Source of the DNA: a virus | Lineage: Duplodnaviria > Caudoviricetes | Direction: 5' to 3' (one strand) | Length of the DNA stretch: 64,000 bases | IMG/VR virus record: IMGVR_UViG_3300023178_000006 | In this document: in pieces, positions 28,322-36,812 of the stretch | Numbering within the stretch: the first letter of the stretch is position 1 | Layout: the number at the start of each line of letters is the position of its first letter | Translations under genes and position numbers: made by a program | The notes under the pieces: generated by a model | Database searches by the model: none | What the model was told of the DNA's origin: nothing | The model's input: only the letters and a program-made list of their open reading frames with translations

Positions 28322-28967
28322 GTTATTAATTGGAGTTCTTTTATTAGCACTTCCAGCTGAAGCTTACATACCAAAACAAAAATTTTATCCAACTTACGTT
28401 GACCCTGCAATGATTGCAAAATTCAAAGCAGGTCATACCGCACCTTATGATGACGCATATGTTCGTCGAGTTGTTGTAGGTAAAGCTCGAATAATGGAAA
28501 ACGGTGCTATTATTACTTTACCACACGGACCAGAACTTGTTCCTCCTCTAAAAGATTTAATGCATCACCCAAAGTTTAAGGAAAAGAAACCAACCCCACA
28601 ATTCTCAGAAAATAGTATAAATTTAAATCTTGACATGTCCTCTCCAGAATTTTATTGGAATGAAAGAGAAAAAAGATGGATTGATTTATTCTTTTGGACC
28701 ACACAGATACTCGATGTATATTCAACTTATAAAGGTATGAAGTATTCTTGTTTAACTGAAGCGAATCCTTTATTACCTGAAGTTCCAGAAGTACATGAAA
28801 TGGTCGGTTTAAAGTTAGGTGTTATTGGTGGAATAAAATTTGTTTTAGATGGTGATGATACCTTTTGGTATGATTGGAAATTAGGTGCAGGCGTTTCAAC
28901 TGGACTTGTTGTAGCAAATAATTTTAGATTAATTAATAAAGCCGAGAGACAGTGCGAAAAAAGATAA
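28296..28967 (+). CDS. secreted/membrane hypothetical protein
   Basis: Signal-like N-terminus; C-terminal hydrophobic region with DVYSTY..EANPL; start uncertain. Confidence 0.55.
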   Translation: MSLLLRLNKLLIGVLLLALPAEAYIPKQKFYPTYVDPAMIAKFKAGHTAPYDDAYVRRVVVGKARIMENGAIITLPHGPELVPPLKDLMHHPKFKEKKPTPQFSENSINLNLDMSSPEFYWNEREKRWIDLFFWTTQILDVYSTYKGMKYSCLTEANPLLPEVPEVHEMVGLKLGVIGGIKFVLDGDDTFWYDWKLGAGVSTGLVVANNFRLINKAERQCEKR

Positions 28968-28987
28968 GGGAGCCTTTCGACTCCCTT
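28957..28987 (-). terminator. intrinsic terminator at the strand switch
   Basis: - strand AAGGGAGTC-GAAA-GGCTCCCTT-ATC-T6. Confidence 0.8.
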
Positions 28988-29011
28988 GTGTTCTGTGATT
29001 GCAGATAAAGT

Positions 29012-29128
29012 TTAGACAATGGTACTTATGCTATAAACCATCATTCCTAAAAAGATTGTGGTTAATAAGCACTCAACACAAAGCTCCCCATTTACACGCA
29101 ACCACACTTTTTGTGCCATTGCTTTCAT
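29012..29128 (-). CDS. 38-aa membrane microprotein
   Basis: MKAMAQKVW..., AAGGGA SD, hydrophobic C-half. Confidence 0.55.
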   Translation of the reverse strand: MKAMAQKVWLRVNGELCVECLLTTIFLGMMVYSISTIV

Positions 29129-29138
29129 AACAGTTCCC

Positions 29139-29267
29139 TTATTTGTTGTGTTTTTGTTTTTGAACTTCAGAGAGGTAGTTAGCAACTCTGATATCCCACA
29201 TTGGAGCATACTTTAAAAAAAGGTATGATATAAACAGACCGAAAGGTATAATAAAAAATAGTTCCAT
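29139..29267 (-). CDS. 42-aa membrane microprotein (not in ORF track)
   Basis: MELFFIIPFGLFISYLFLKYAPMWDIRVANYLSEVQKQKHNK. Confidence 0.5.
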   Translation of the reverse strand: MELFFIIPFGLFISYLFLKYAPMWDIRVANYLSEVQKQKHNK

Positions 29268-29348
29268 TATCTACCCGGATGCCATGGTTGTACCCAATAT
29301 TTAAAGAACGTTCTAGTCCAACCACGGGTGAAGAACCTTTTTAACGCT

Positions 29349-29438
29349 TTAAACATTGGGATTTACTCCCATTAATGAAATGCAAAAAATACCAACGAGA
29401 ACAAACAGTTCAACTCGTTCTTGCATCTTTTCTTTCAT
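29349..29438 (-). CDS. 29-aa membrane microprotein (not in ORF track)
   Basis: MKEKMQERVELFVLVGIFCISLMGVNPNV, TAATG-coupled. Confidence 0.5.
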   Translation of the reverse strand: MKEKMQERVELFVLVGIFCISLMGVNPNV

Positions 29439-29692
29439 TATTCTCCTTTAGGACAATTACTTCTAAAGATATACTGAGATGCTATTCTAGCTTCCTTTTT
29501 ATCTAAATAAGAATCCTTGTTCTTATCGGCTGCTTTAAATAATCCATTCTTAACGGTACATCCCGCAGCTTTGAGTTCGGCTTTGCTGATTAGTTTGTCA
29601 CCATCCAAATCGAATCGTTCCATCCTCCAGTCAGCATACGCTGGAGCAGCAATAAAGCATGCTGCTATCGCTATCATAATTTTCTTATTCAT
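29438..29692 (-). CDS. secreted EF-hand protein
   Basis: Signal peptide (AYA); DLDGDKLISKAE and DKNKDSYLDKKE loops. Confidence 0.8.
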   Translation of the reverse strand: MNKKIMIAIAACFIAAPAYADWRMERFDLDGDKLISKAELKAAGCTVKNGLFKAADKNKDSYLDKKEARIASQYIFRSNCPKGE

Positions 29693-29713
29693 TATATTCC
29701 AAGGTTGTGGATG

Positions 29714-29896
29714 TTATACTATGAAGTATTGAATCAGCGCCATACTACCTAGCATAAAACCAAGTACTAATACTTGGATAATCGATGCATAAGCAACTTG
29801 TTTCATTGGGTGGATTTCAACTAATTTTTCTACGACACTCTCACCAGGTGAAAGATTCGCGATTTTTAGTGCTGTTTCTTTTTTCAATTCGAACAT
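29714..29896 (-). CDS. small membrane protein
   Basis: C-terminal hydrophobic helix. Confidence 0.55.
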   Translation of the reverse strand: MFELKKETALKIANLSPGESVVEKLVEIHPMKQVAYASIIQVLVLGFMLGSMALIQYFIV

Positions 29897-30008
29897 CCGT
29901 TGTTTCTAGTACAACTTCCCCATCGTTGTACGATACTATATATACATAGAATTTATAATATATTATAAAAATTTAAAATAATTGCAATTATTTACAGAAT
30001 TGTTACAA

Positions 30009-30290
30009 TTACTCGAACAAATCAGTTTGCAATGGCTCTGGAAACTGAGTTGAATTTCGATATTCCTCATTTTCCATTTGCACTTCATAATATTTTTTCA
30101 ATTCATCATATGCATTTCTGATTTGAACTGGCATTACGCCACCGCTTTGAATTACCCACTCAATTTCGTTTGCTAACTTTCTTGAGAGTTGTAGTTCAAC
30201 AGCAGTTCCTCTACTATGAGATTCTGTTGAATCAGAATCATAAAGCACTTCATCTTCTCCGCCAAACGGGTTTGGTGCTACTTTTTTCAT
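30009..30290 (-). CDS. hypothetical protein
   Basis: 93 aa, directly after guaC. Confidence 0.65.
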   Translation of the reverse strand: MKKVAPNPFGGEDEVLYDSDSTESHSRGTAVELQLSRKLANEIEWVIQSGGVMPVQIRNAYDELKKYYEVQMENEEYRNSTQFPEPLQTDLFE

Positions 30291-30291
30291 A

Positions 30292-31449
30292 CTATACTCC
30301 TATTGTAGATGATTCATAAACTGAGTTATGTGTTTGAGTACAACGAACAAACGTTGCACACTTATTTAAATGTTTAAGCTTTGCGGCCCCTGCATATGTA
30401 CATGCACTACGTAAGCCACCTAAAATATCATTAATAGTATTTTGTACAGCACCTCTATAAGGAACTCTTACTGTACGACCTTCACTCGCTCTATACTCTT
30501 TTAATCCACCAAAGTGTTTATCATTAGCAGATTTAGAACTCATACCATAAAACTCTACAAATTGTTTCTCAATACGTTTACCAATCCCCGCGGACGTAGC
30601 GGGCGCCTGCACGTTTGAAATAATAGATTCAGTAATTACATTACCACCACCTTCATCATGTCCTGCGAGCATTCCACCCAACATTACAAAATCTGCTCCT
30701 GCGGCAAATGCTTTACATACATCACCAGGATTAGTACACCCACCGTCAGCAATGATATGTCCTCCAAGACCATGCGCCGCGTCAGCACACTCGATGACCG
30801 CAGAGAGTTGAGGGTAACCCACCCCAGTCTGAATACGAGTAGTACATACACTCCCAGGACCAATGCCGACTTTAACGATATCTGCTCCACTTAAAATTAA
30901 CTCCTCTGTCATTTCTTTTGTTACTACGTTACCAGCAATAATGACGATGTTTGGTGCCTTTTCTCTGAGGGTTGCGATGAAATCTCTAAATCTACTACTA
31001 TATCCATTTGCAACATCTACACAGACATACTTAATCGACTCTCTATTGTATGTGTAAACCTTAATGAATTTAGTTAAATCTTCATCACTAATGCCCATGC
31101 TATATGCTACAAATTCAGTACGAAGAATTTGGTCGTCATTATAGAATGCAATCAATTCATCTTCACTATATGTTTTCACTAGAGTGGTAAACAATCCTTG
31201 TTTCGAAAGAGTGTCAGCCATTTCCATCGTTCCTACTCCGTCCATATTGGCAGCCATAATAGGAATACCATAATAGTGCGGAGTTTCTCCAGACGCGCGG
31301 ATAGATTCTATCGACATTTCTGGTGGTTCATAATTACGAAAAGTAAATCCACGATATAAATCTACTTCTTTACGACTTCCAAGTGTTGACCGTTTTGGTT
31401 GAATTAAAACATCCTTATAGTCAAGCTTTATTTCGTTATCAATTCTCAA
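30292..31449 (-). CDS. guaC: GMP reductase
   Basis: [46 protein letters not shown]. Confidence 0.93.
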   Translation of the reverse strand: MRIDNEIKLDYKDVLIQPKRSTLGSRKEVDLYRGFTFRNYEPPEMSIESIRASGETPHYYGIPIMAANMDGVGTMEMADTLSKQGLFTTLVKTYSEDELIAFYNDDQILRTEFVAYSMGISDEDLTKFIKVYTYNRESIKYVCVDVANGYSSRFRDFIATLREKAPNIVIIAGNVVTKEMTEELILSGADIVKVGIGPGSVCTTRIQTGVGYPQLSAVIECADAAHGLGGHIIADGGCTNPGDVCKAFAAGADFVMLGGMLAGHDEGGGNVITESIISNVQAPATSAGIGKRIEKQFVEFYGMSSKSANDKHFGGLKEYRASEGRTVRVPYRGAVQNTINDILGGLRSACTYAGAAKLKHLNKCATFVRCTQTHNSVYESSTIGV

Positions 31450-31460
31450 CGAGACTCTCC

Positions 31461-31613
31461 TTAATCTCTCATAAATTCTTCAAGCAGTTCATCACCGTAG
31501 TTTTGAACAAACTCAGTTCCTTTGGCAATATACTTAATAGCATAATACCAAACTGTCCACAATACAACAGGCACAATTACTAGTGCCACCTTTCCCCAGT
31601 ACTTATAGTTCAT
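31461..31613 (-). CDS. 50-aa membrane microprotein (not in ORF track)
   Basis: [27 protein letters not shown]..., in-operon spacing. Confidence 0.55.
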   Translation of the reverse strand: MNYKYWGKVALVIVPVVLWTVWYYAIKYIAKGTEFVQNYGDELLEEFMRD

Positions 31614-31820
31614 TTATGTGTTGTCTCCATCAGTGTATTTAACTTCACTCTTATCAAAAACTTTATGAAAAGTTTTATTTAAGAATCCGCCTTCTTCCCA
31701 TGCGAGAGGAAGGTATTTTTTCTGTCTTTTTTCTTCGACAACATGATTAGACATGTATGCGAAAATGAACATGAAAAACATTATTCCAATCACAAAGAGG
31801 GTTTCAAGAACTTCATACAT
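31614..31820 (-). CDS. small membrane protein
   Basis: N-terminal hydrophobic helix. Confidence 0.6.
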   Translation of the reverse strand: MYEVLETLFVIGIMFFMFIFAYMSNHVVEEKRQKKYLPLAWEEGGFLNKTFHKVFDKSEVKYTDGDNT

Positions 31821-32124
31821 TTTCAGCCTCCTTTAGATGTTTGCAAGTACCTCTGAACGTGAATCCAGGGCATGTACACTTGCCATTATTAATACTATAA
31901 TAGTTTCCTTTTGAACCTTTCACTAAGATTGCAGTTGGTGCGACTGTCTCTGGTCTTTCACCAATCTTTTTAAACTTACGTCTTGTTTTTGAAAAGCCTT
32001 TAAGTGGATTTTTAAAGACTGTGTCGTTGTGCTGAACGAGTTGTCCAGCACTATTAACATGGTATATTCCATTGGCAACTGGGGCATCACCCCAGTCAGT
32101 AATCTCCTGTAGAATCTCAATCAT
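31813..32124 (-). CDS. SWIM-type Zn-finger protein
   Basis: CTCPGFTFRGTCKH. Confidence 0.7.
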   Translation of the reverse strand: MIEILQEITDWGDAPVANGIYHVNSAGQLVQHNDTVFKNPLKGFSKTRRKFKKIGERPETVAPTAILVKGSKGNYYSINNGKCTCPGFTFRGTCKHLKEAENV

Positions 32125-32133
32125 GAGAACCTC

Positions 32134-32415
32134 CTAGTCGATTAGAGTAAGAAGAGATGGAGATACTTTCCAACTACCTTTAGTTGTTTCAACAGCGATT
32201 GACTTCCTGTTGACTTTCGATACTGTACCAGTAATCACTTCGCCAGTCCTAGAGGTGAATTGAACAAGATTGCCCTTTTGAAACTGAGCAGCTTGATTTG
32301 CTGACTTCATGTTTTGAGCGTTCTTCCAGATTTGGATAAGAATTTTAGAATCTTCAGTATCCATTTTGTTTACGATGTTAGTGAACTTCGTAATTTCAGC
32401 TTTTGTTAATGTCAT
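32134..32415 (-). CDS. hypothetical early protein (SH3-like C-terminus)
   Basis: AAGGAG SD; GTVSKVNRKSIAVET..WKVSPSLL. Confidence 0.7.
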   Translation of the reverse strand: MTLTKAEITKFTNIVNKMDTEDSKILIQIWKNAQNMKSANQAAQFQKGNLVQFTSRTGEVITGTVSKVNRKSIAVETTKGSWKVSPSLLTLID

Positions 32416-32445
32416 AATTTACTCCTTTTCCCAATTAACTGTACC

Positions 32446-32474
32446 ATTATACCAAATCAAAGTGAATTTGTCAA
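32446..32474 (-). promoter_or_regulatory. sigma70-type early promoter
   Basis: TTGACA-17-TATAAT. Confidence 0.9.
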
Positions 32475-32495
32475 CTGTTTTTTTCACTTTTTTTA

Positions 32496-32603
32496 CTATT
32501 CGTCTTCTTCTTTTTGACGAATAGCTTCTACGAGGTCCATAAGAGACTGAACTTCTTCAGCATCTCTTACGGTATCAAGTTCGATTTCTATTTTAATTTT
32601 CAT
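32496..32603 (-). CDS. 35-aa hypothetical protein
   Basis: Start moved to ATG 32603 (MKIKIEIELDT). Confidence 0.5.
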   Translation of the reverse strand: MKIKIEIELDTVRDAEEVQSLMDLVEAIRQKEEDE

Positions 32604-32934
32604 AGTAATAATTCCAATTCCTATGGATGTATAAATCCACTGCCCTAGCATTAGCAATTCCACCAATGACGTCACCGCCCCAAGTGTAACCATTCAATCT
32701 GCCAGTTCTCCTATTGAGTACTTTATTGATTGGTTGTCTTGCTTTTAAATCAACTCTGTATCTAAGAGGTCTGCCTCTTTTACAAGTAGCGCCTGAAGCT
32801 TTCAAGTCTTTATTAAAGTTTTTTACTAGAGTTCTAATACTCTCAACTTCCATCATATCACCAGCGCATTCAGTTGAGAATGTACCAACATAAGCTTCAG
32901 TTCTAGTTTTTCCTTTGTTATCAAATTTAATCAT
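32593..32934 (-). CDS. hypothetical protein
   Basis: Start moved to ATG 32934 with GGAAAAGGA leader. Confidence 0.65.
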   Translation of the reverse strand: MIKFDNKGKTRTEAYVGTFSTECAGDMMEVESIRTLVKNFNKDLKASGATCKRGRPLRYRVDLKARQPINKVLNRRTGRLNGYTWGGDVIGGIANARAVDLYIHRNWNYYYEN

Positions 32935-32971
32935 AATATTCCTTTTCCAAAAATAAAAAAATGGAAGCTGC

Positions 32972-33928
32972 TTACGCAGCCTCCGCCATTTCAACCGCAA
33001 GGTCAAGTGCATCGAGTTTTCTCTTTGCGTTAACACCATACCATGCTGAAGTAGCCCTTGCATCAGCAGTTCTACCTAATTCATGGTCAGTCATGTAAGT
33101 GACTGCGTTATAAGCATTCCACCATGAACCTGGCTTGAAGTGAGCACCTGGTTGAGTGTCTACAATTTCAAAAGCCCTTTCAGCTGTTCTACTTAAAACT
33201 TTATTGTCTTGCGAGGAAGTACCAAAAACTTTTCCAAGGAAAGTTTGGAAAGCTTCGTCTCCATATCTTTTTGAACCAAGGAACTCAGCAGCTTCTTTGA
33301 ACTGTTGTACCCTTGTATGTGAAATACCAAGAAGTTCTTTAACCTTTTCAGCATCAAATTCGTTTCTGTGAGAAACTCTGATAGCAGGTTGACCTTTTTC
33401 AGTAAGTGCCATACTCAAAGTGTTGTTACATACAACCCTTGTCATAATGAACTTAACGTCAATAGACCTTCCATAAACGTGAGGATTTGAGAAGAGAAGA
33501 TAACCTTTCACTTCGTCACCGTTAAAGAGAGTGAATCCATCTTTAACATCAGCAGCGGCAAAGACGATTTGACCATCTTTTAAAGAGCCCGCAGTATCCA
33601 TTACCATATCACCAGCATTTACGAACTCATTAAAGAATTCAAATGCTTGAGAGTTTTGGCAAGGATTCCACTTACCACCTACGTTTGTAAGAATTTTATT
33701 ATCAGTCTTTCTTACAAGTGACTGTTGTCCAGTAGGGACGTTCTCACCATCAATATTGACGAAAGAATCTTTCAACTCAACTTCCCAATCAAGGTTAGCT
33801 GCTTTCATCATTTCGATGGGTGTCATATCATCATCAACTGGAACACCAAGGCCGTGCCAAGGTACACCTTTTGAGATTCTATAGGCCATTGAGGCTTGGC
33901 CGTTTACCATTTCTAATTCATGTGCCAT
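32972..33928 (-). CDS. DUF932-family protein
   Basis: MAHELE..PWHGLG..QN.QAFEFF..TAGSL..RVVCNNTL. Confidence 0.85.
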   Translation of the reverse strand: MAHELEMVNGQASMAYRISKGVPWHGLGVPVDDDMTPIEMMKAANLDWEVELKDSFVNIDGENVPTGQQSLVRKTDNKILTNVGGKWNPCQNSQAFEFFNEFVNAGDMVMDTAGSLKDGQIVFAAADVKDGFTLFNGDEVKGYLLFSNPHVYGRSIDVKFIMTRVVCNNTLSMALTEKGQPAIRVSHRNEFDAEKVKELLGISHTRVQQFKEAAEFLGSKRYGDEAFQTFLGKVFGTSSQDNKVLSRTAERAFEIVDTQPGAHFKPGSWWNAYNAVTYMTDHELGRTADARATSAWYGVNAKRKLDALDLAVEMAEAA

Positions 33929-33971
33929 AATTTACTCCTTTCAATATGAATTAATTTAATTTATGGGTACT

Positions 33972-34000
33972 ATTATACACCATTTCAAAGCGTTTGTCAA
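33972..34000 (-). promoter_or_regulatory. sigma70-type early promoter
   Basis: TTGACA-17-TATAAT; -35 overlaps the upstream TGA stop. Confidence 0.9.
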
Positions 34001-34206
34001 CTGTTTTGTGCAATTAATTTCAATTTATTTTGATACTGAATCTCATAGAGGTCAACCTTGAGTTCAGAAAGCATTGCAAAAACTTCCTTACCGATTGACT
34101 CATTTCCTAGATGAGAATTAATTGCAGAACATGCTGCTTGCGCTGTTCCAATAGAAGCGATTTTCGCTTCGATGTTTTTTACTTCAACGATTTCTTCGTT
34201 ATACAT
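33997..34206 (-). CDS. hypothetical protein
   Basis: 69 aa, coupled. Confidence 0.6.
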   Translation of the reverse strand: MYNEEIVEVKNIEAKIASIGTAQAACSAINSHLGNESIGKEVFAMLSELKVDLYEIQYQNKLKLIAQNS

Positions 34207-34360
34207 TTTTGAACTTCTCCGTCCATGCTGTGAAAATTTCGAAAGCTTCTGCTTTCGTTAAACCAAACTCTTGTTGTAAAACTGAAGGTGCACCAAACAT
34301 ATTAATCGAGCCACCTTCGCGAAGAGCATCTAAAAAATCAAAATATTCTTGTAACTTCAT
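34199..34360 (-). CDS. hypothetical protein
   Basis: TAATG-coupled start at 34360; LDALREGGSINMFGA. Confidence 0.65.
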   Translation of the reverse strand: MKLQEYFDFLDALREGGSINMFGAPSVLQQEFGLTKAEAFEIFTAWTEKFKNV

Positions 34361-34560
34361 TACTGTACCCATACGTGATTGTATTTTGAAGGATAGTTTT
34401 CGCAAGTATAATCAAAACGCTCATCGTAATTAATTACCTTTACGCACTCTCCTGTCGTGTTTGAAATATGTACATCGGGCATATTTACTAAGCTAAGTGT
34501 ACCCATGTAGAATCCAAAACCAAGTAGTGATGTAAAAAGAATTCCTGGAAGATATTTCAT
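34360..34560 (-). CDS. exported/membrane small protein
   Basis: N-terminal TM, Cys pair. Confidence 0.6.
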   Translation of the reverse strand: MKYLPGILFTSLLGFGFYMGTLSLVNMPDVHISNTTGECVKVINYDERFDYTCENYPSKYNHVWVQ

Positions 34561-34913
34561 TATGCTACCTTATCAAATCCAAAGTCTGCACAGATGAAAG
34601 TCTCACCAGTGTCGTTATCGACAACTAAGTCACCAACTGATGTGCTGTGACCTACGTTTAAAGTATGAACTAAATCTGGTTCGTCCCAGAGATTAGTGAT
34701 TCTGAAAACATGTTCTAAGTCTTGAGCTTGAACTTCAAAGACTGGAGTGAAGTGCTCCAACATGTTTGATTCGAAAAGATTAGAATCCATTTGAAGGTCT
34801 AGTTTAACCTTCCACTTTGGGCATTTTTCCATAGCACCATTCCAACCTAGTTCGTTTGGAAGCTCACTTTCTGATTCAGTGAACTTGATTTGTTTAACTG
34901 TAAAATTCTTCAT
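34560..34913 (-). CDS. hypothetical early protein
   Basis: AAGGAG SD; HSTSVGDLV motif. Confidence 0.7.
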   Translation of the reverse strand: MKNFTVKQIKFTESESELPNELGWNGAMEKCPKWKVKLDLQMDSNLFESNMLEHFTPVFEVQAQDLEHVFRITNLWDEPDLVHTLNVGHSTSVGDLVVDNDTGETFICADFGFDKVA

Positions 34914-34941
34914 TTTGACTCCTTTTCCTATTTACTGTACC

Positions 34942-34970
34942 ATTATACCAAATCAAAGCGAATTTGTCAA
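34942..34970 (-). promoter_or_regulatory. sigma70-type early promoter
   Basis: TTGACA-17-TATAAT, one mismatch to the 20310/32446 copies. Confidence 0.9.
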
Positions 34971-35000
34971 CTGTTTTTTGCAAAAAAGTTGCACTTTTTT
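34965..35000. repeat. 36-bp promoter-upstream repeat, copy 2 of 3
   Basis: Identical to 16320-16355. Confidence 0.9.
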
Positions 35001-35005
35001 CACTT

Positions 35006-35359
35006 TTAAAGTAAATCCATAGACTTAGCAGCTCGTTGGACATGCTTATCCATAAGAGCGTCAGCTTTAGAAGAGATAGTATCCCAATCAGGATTATTGA
35101 AATTACGTCCACGAAGATGTTGCATTACACCTGGGAAGAATTTTGAAACTTTACGAGTATCGTTATTACCTCCACCATTGTTGAAGATGTCGTAGTATGC
35201 GTTGACAACTTGACGAAATGTGTCAAGAGGCTTATTGATTCCTGAAGTATCATCATCAGGTATGTTGTAACAAGGACCAGATACTGGAACCATGTTTTGC
35301 ATTTTATCGGCGAGGTCTTGAAACTTTCCTGTTCCACCCCAGTAAGAATAATCAGCCAT
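35006..35359 (-). CDS. hypothetical early protein
   Basis: AAGGAG SD; YYDIFNNGGGN motif. Confidence 0.7.
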   Translation of the reverse strand: MADYSYWGGTGKFQDLADKMQNMVPVSGPCYNIPDDDTSGINKPLDTFRQVVNAYYDIFNNGGGNNDTRKVSKFFPGVMQHLRGRNFNNPDWDTISSKADALMDKHVQRAAKSMDLL

Positions 35360-35392
35360 AATTTAACTCCTTTTCCAATTGATTATGATACC

Positions 35393-35421
35393 ATTCTATA
35401 CCATTTCAAAGCAAATGTCAA
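35393..35421 (-). promoter_or_regulatory. sigma70-type early promoter
   Basis: TTGACA-17-TAGAAT. Confidence 0.85.
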
Positions 35422-35451
35422 CTGTTTTTTGCAAAAAAGTTGCACTTTTTT
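35416..35451. repeat. 36-bp promoter-upstream repeat, copy 3 of 3
   Basis: Identical to 16320-16355. Confidence 0.9.
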
Positions 35452-35494
35452 TATATCAATTTGTTATAAGGAACCAAAAATATGGCTAATTATG

Positions 35495-36028
35495 TTATTT
35501 AGAAGGCTCCCAAGCATCTGAGAGGATGGTTTGAGCTCTATCTAATAGTATTGGGTCAGCCTTAGTCAATACTTTCAAGAGATACTGTTTCTCATGCTTG
35601 TAAGCTTTATGAAAGAATTTTTGGTCGTGAGGAATGATAGTTTCACTATTGTGTATCAAATCCGCAACCTTAATCGTTTGAGTCTCAGCTGGACCTAGCG
35701 CAAAATGGTCCGCATCCATTTTCTTACGAAATGCACGGTTTCCATCTTCCTTTTCTGAGACGTTCGTACAGTAGTGTACGTATTCAGCAACTGTTGAGCC
35801 GAACTTTTCTTTTACATCTTGGAAAGTTACAGGTGTATCTTCTACTACATCATGTAATAGAGCTGCAACTATCATTTCATCAGTGTGCTCAACTGAGTCT
35901 TCAAGGATTTTCGCGACACCAACTGGGTGAACGATGTAAGGTTCACCTGTGTATTTTCTTCGTTGGTCTCCATGCGCTTTTACCGCAAACATAAGAGCTT
36001 CACTAATTAATTTTTTGTCTTTTGCCAT
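35495..36028 (-). CDS. RelA/SpoT-type HD hydrolase (small alarmone hydrolase-like)
   Basis: AVKAHGDQRRKYTGEPYIVHP, AALLHDVVEDT, IKVADLIHN. Confidence 0.85.
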   Translation of the reverse strand: MAKDKKLISEALMFAVKAHGDQRRKYTGEPYIVHPVGVAKILEDSVEHTDEMIVAALLHDVVEDTPVTFQDVKEKFGSTVAEYVHYCTNVSEKEDGNRAFRKKMDADHFALGPAETQTIKVADLIHNSETIIPHDQKFFHKAYKHEKQYLLKVLTKADPILLDRAQTILSDAWEPSK

Positions 36029-36030
36029 CT

Positions 36031-36753
36031 TTATTTCTTTGTAAAATATATCATAAACTCAGCGGGTAAATCTTCAGTATAGATTTTTTCATCTATCATC
36101 TTGTCGTTCCAAATAAACTCTCCATATTGGGGATGTTGGTAACGAACTTGTCCGCCTCGTTCTAGATATGGTTTTAAAAAATCATCTCTAAACTTTTTAA
36201 AATCCTTTGCACCACTTGGTCCATGTCGTCTATGAACTTCGAGTGCTATATGATTTACATTATCGCAAATCCATTCAAAATTTTCTTTTGTGAGAATATC
36301 ATATTCTCCACCTTCACAATCAATCTTTAAAAAATCTATATTATCTATTTTATAAAAATCAATAAATTGGTCGAAACTAAATTTCAACCAACTACCAGAA
36401 GTATCTTCATTATAAATGTGTTGTACATGGTTATCATCTGAAAGAATCGCTGCATGTACTGGTACAACCTTTGATTCTGTCTCATTAATAACATAATCAG
36501 CAGTGTTTTTAATAGCAGTCATTAAAAGGTCTTTATTTGGTTCAATCATATAAACCTTATCAGCACCTTTGTCTAATGCCATACATGAGAACATACCAAC
36601 GCAAGCTCCCACATCAACAACTACATCACCAGTTTTAGGAGGGTTCCACCATTCATAATCATTATGAACAAAGAACTCTTTATGCATGTTTGCAACGTGG
36701 TCCATATCCAAGTTGCCCATATCCATATTCTTATTCAAAGCTTCATGATTCAT
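36031..36753 (-). CDS. FkbM-family methyltransferase
   Basis: VVVDVGACVG, LKIDCEGGE, ALEVH. Confidence 0.85.
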   Translation of the reverse strand: MNHEALNKNMDMGNLDMDHVANMHKEFFVHNDYEWWNPPKTGDVVVDVGACVGMFSCMALDKGADKVYMIEPNKDLLMTAIKNTADYVINETESKVVPVHAAILSDDNHVQHIYNEDTSGSWLKFSFDQFIDFYKIDNIDFLKIDCEGGEYDILTKENFEWICDNVNHIALEVHRRHGPSGAKDFKKFRDDFLKPYLERGGQVRYQHPQYGEFIWNDKMIDEKIYTEDLPAEFMIYFTKK

Positions 36754-36780
36754 TTGTTAATTCACCTTCTTCAAAATCGT

Positions 36781-36809
36781 ATTATACCACAGCTTTTTGA
36801 AAATGTCAA
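36781..36809 (-). promoter_or_regulatory. sigma70-type early promoter
   Basis: TTGACA-17-TATAAT, one mismatch to the 16297 copy. Confidence 0.9.
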
Positions 36810-36812
36810 CTG

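Noticed and set aside
16297-36809. Repeated 30-40-bp sequences as a CRISPR array or transposon ends
   Set aside because: They are dispersed, coincide with -35/-10 boxes, have no regular spacers, and no cas or transposase gene is present.
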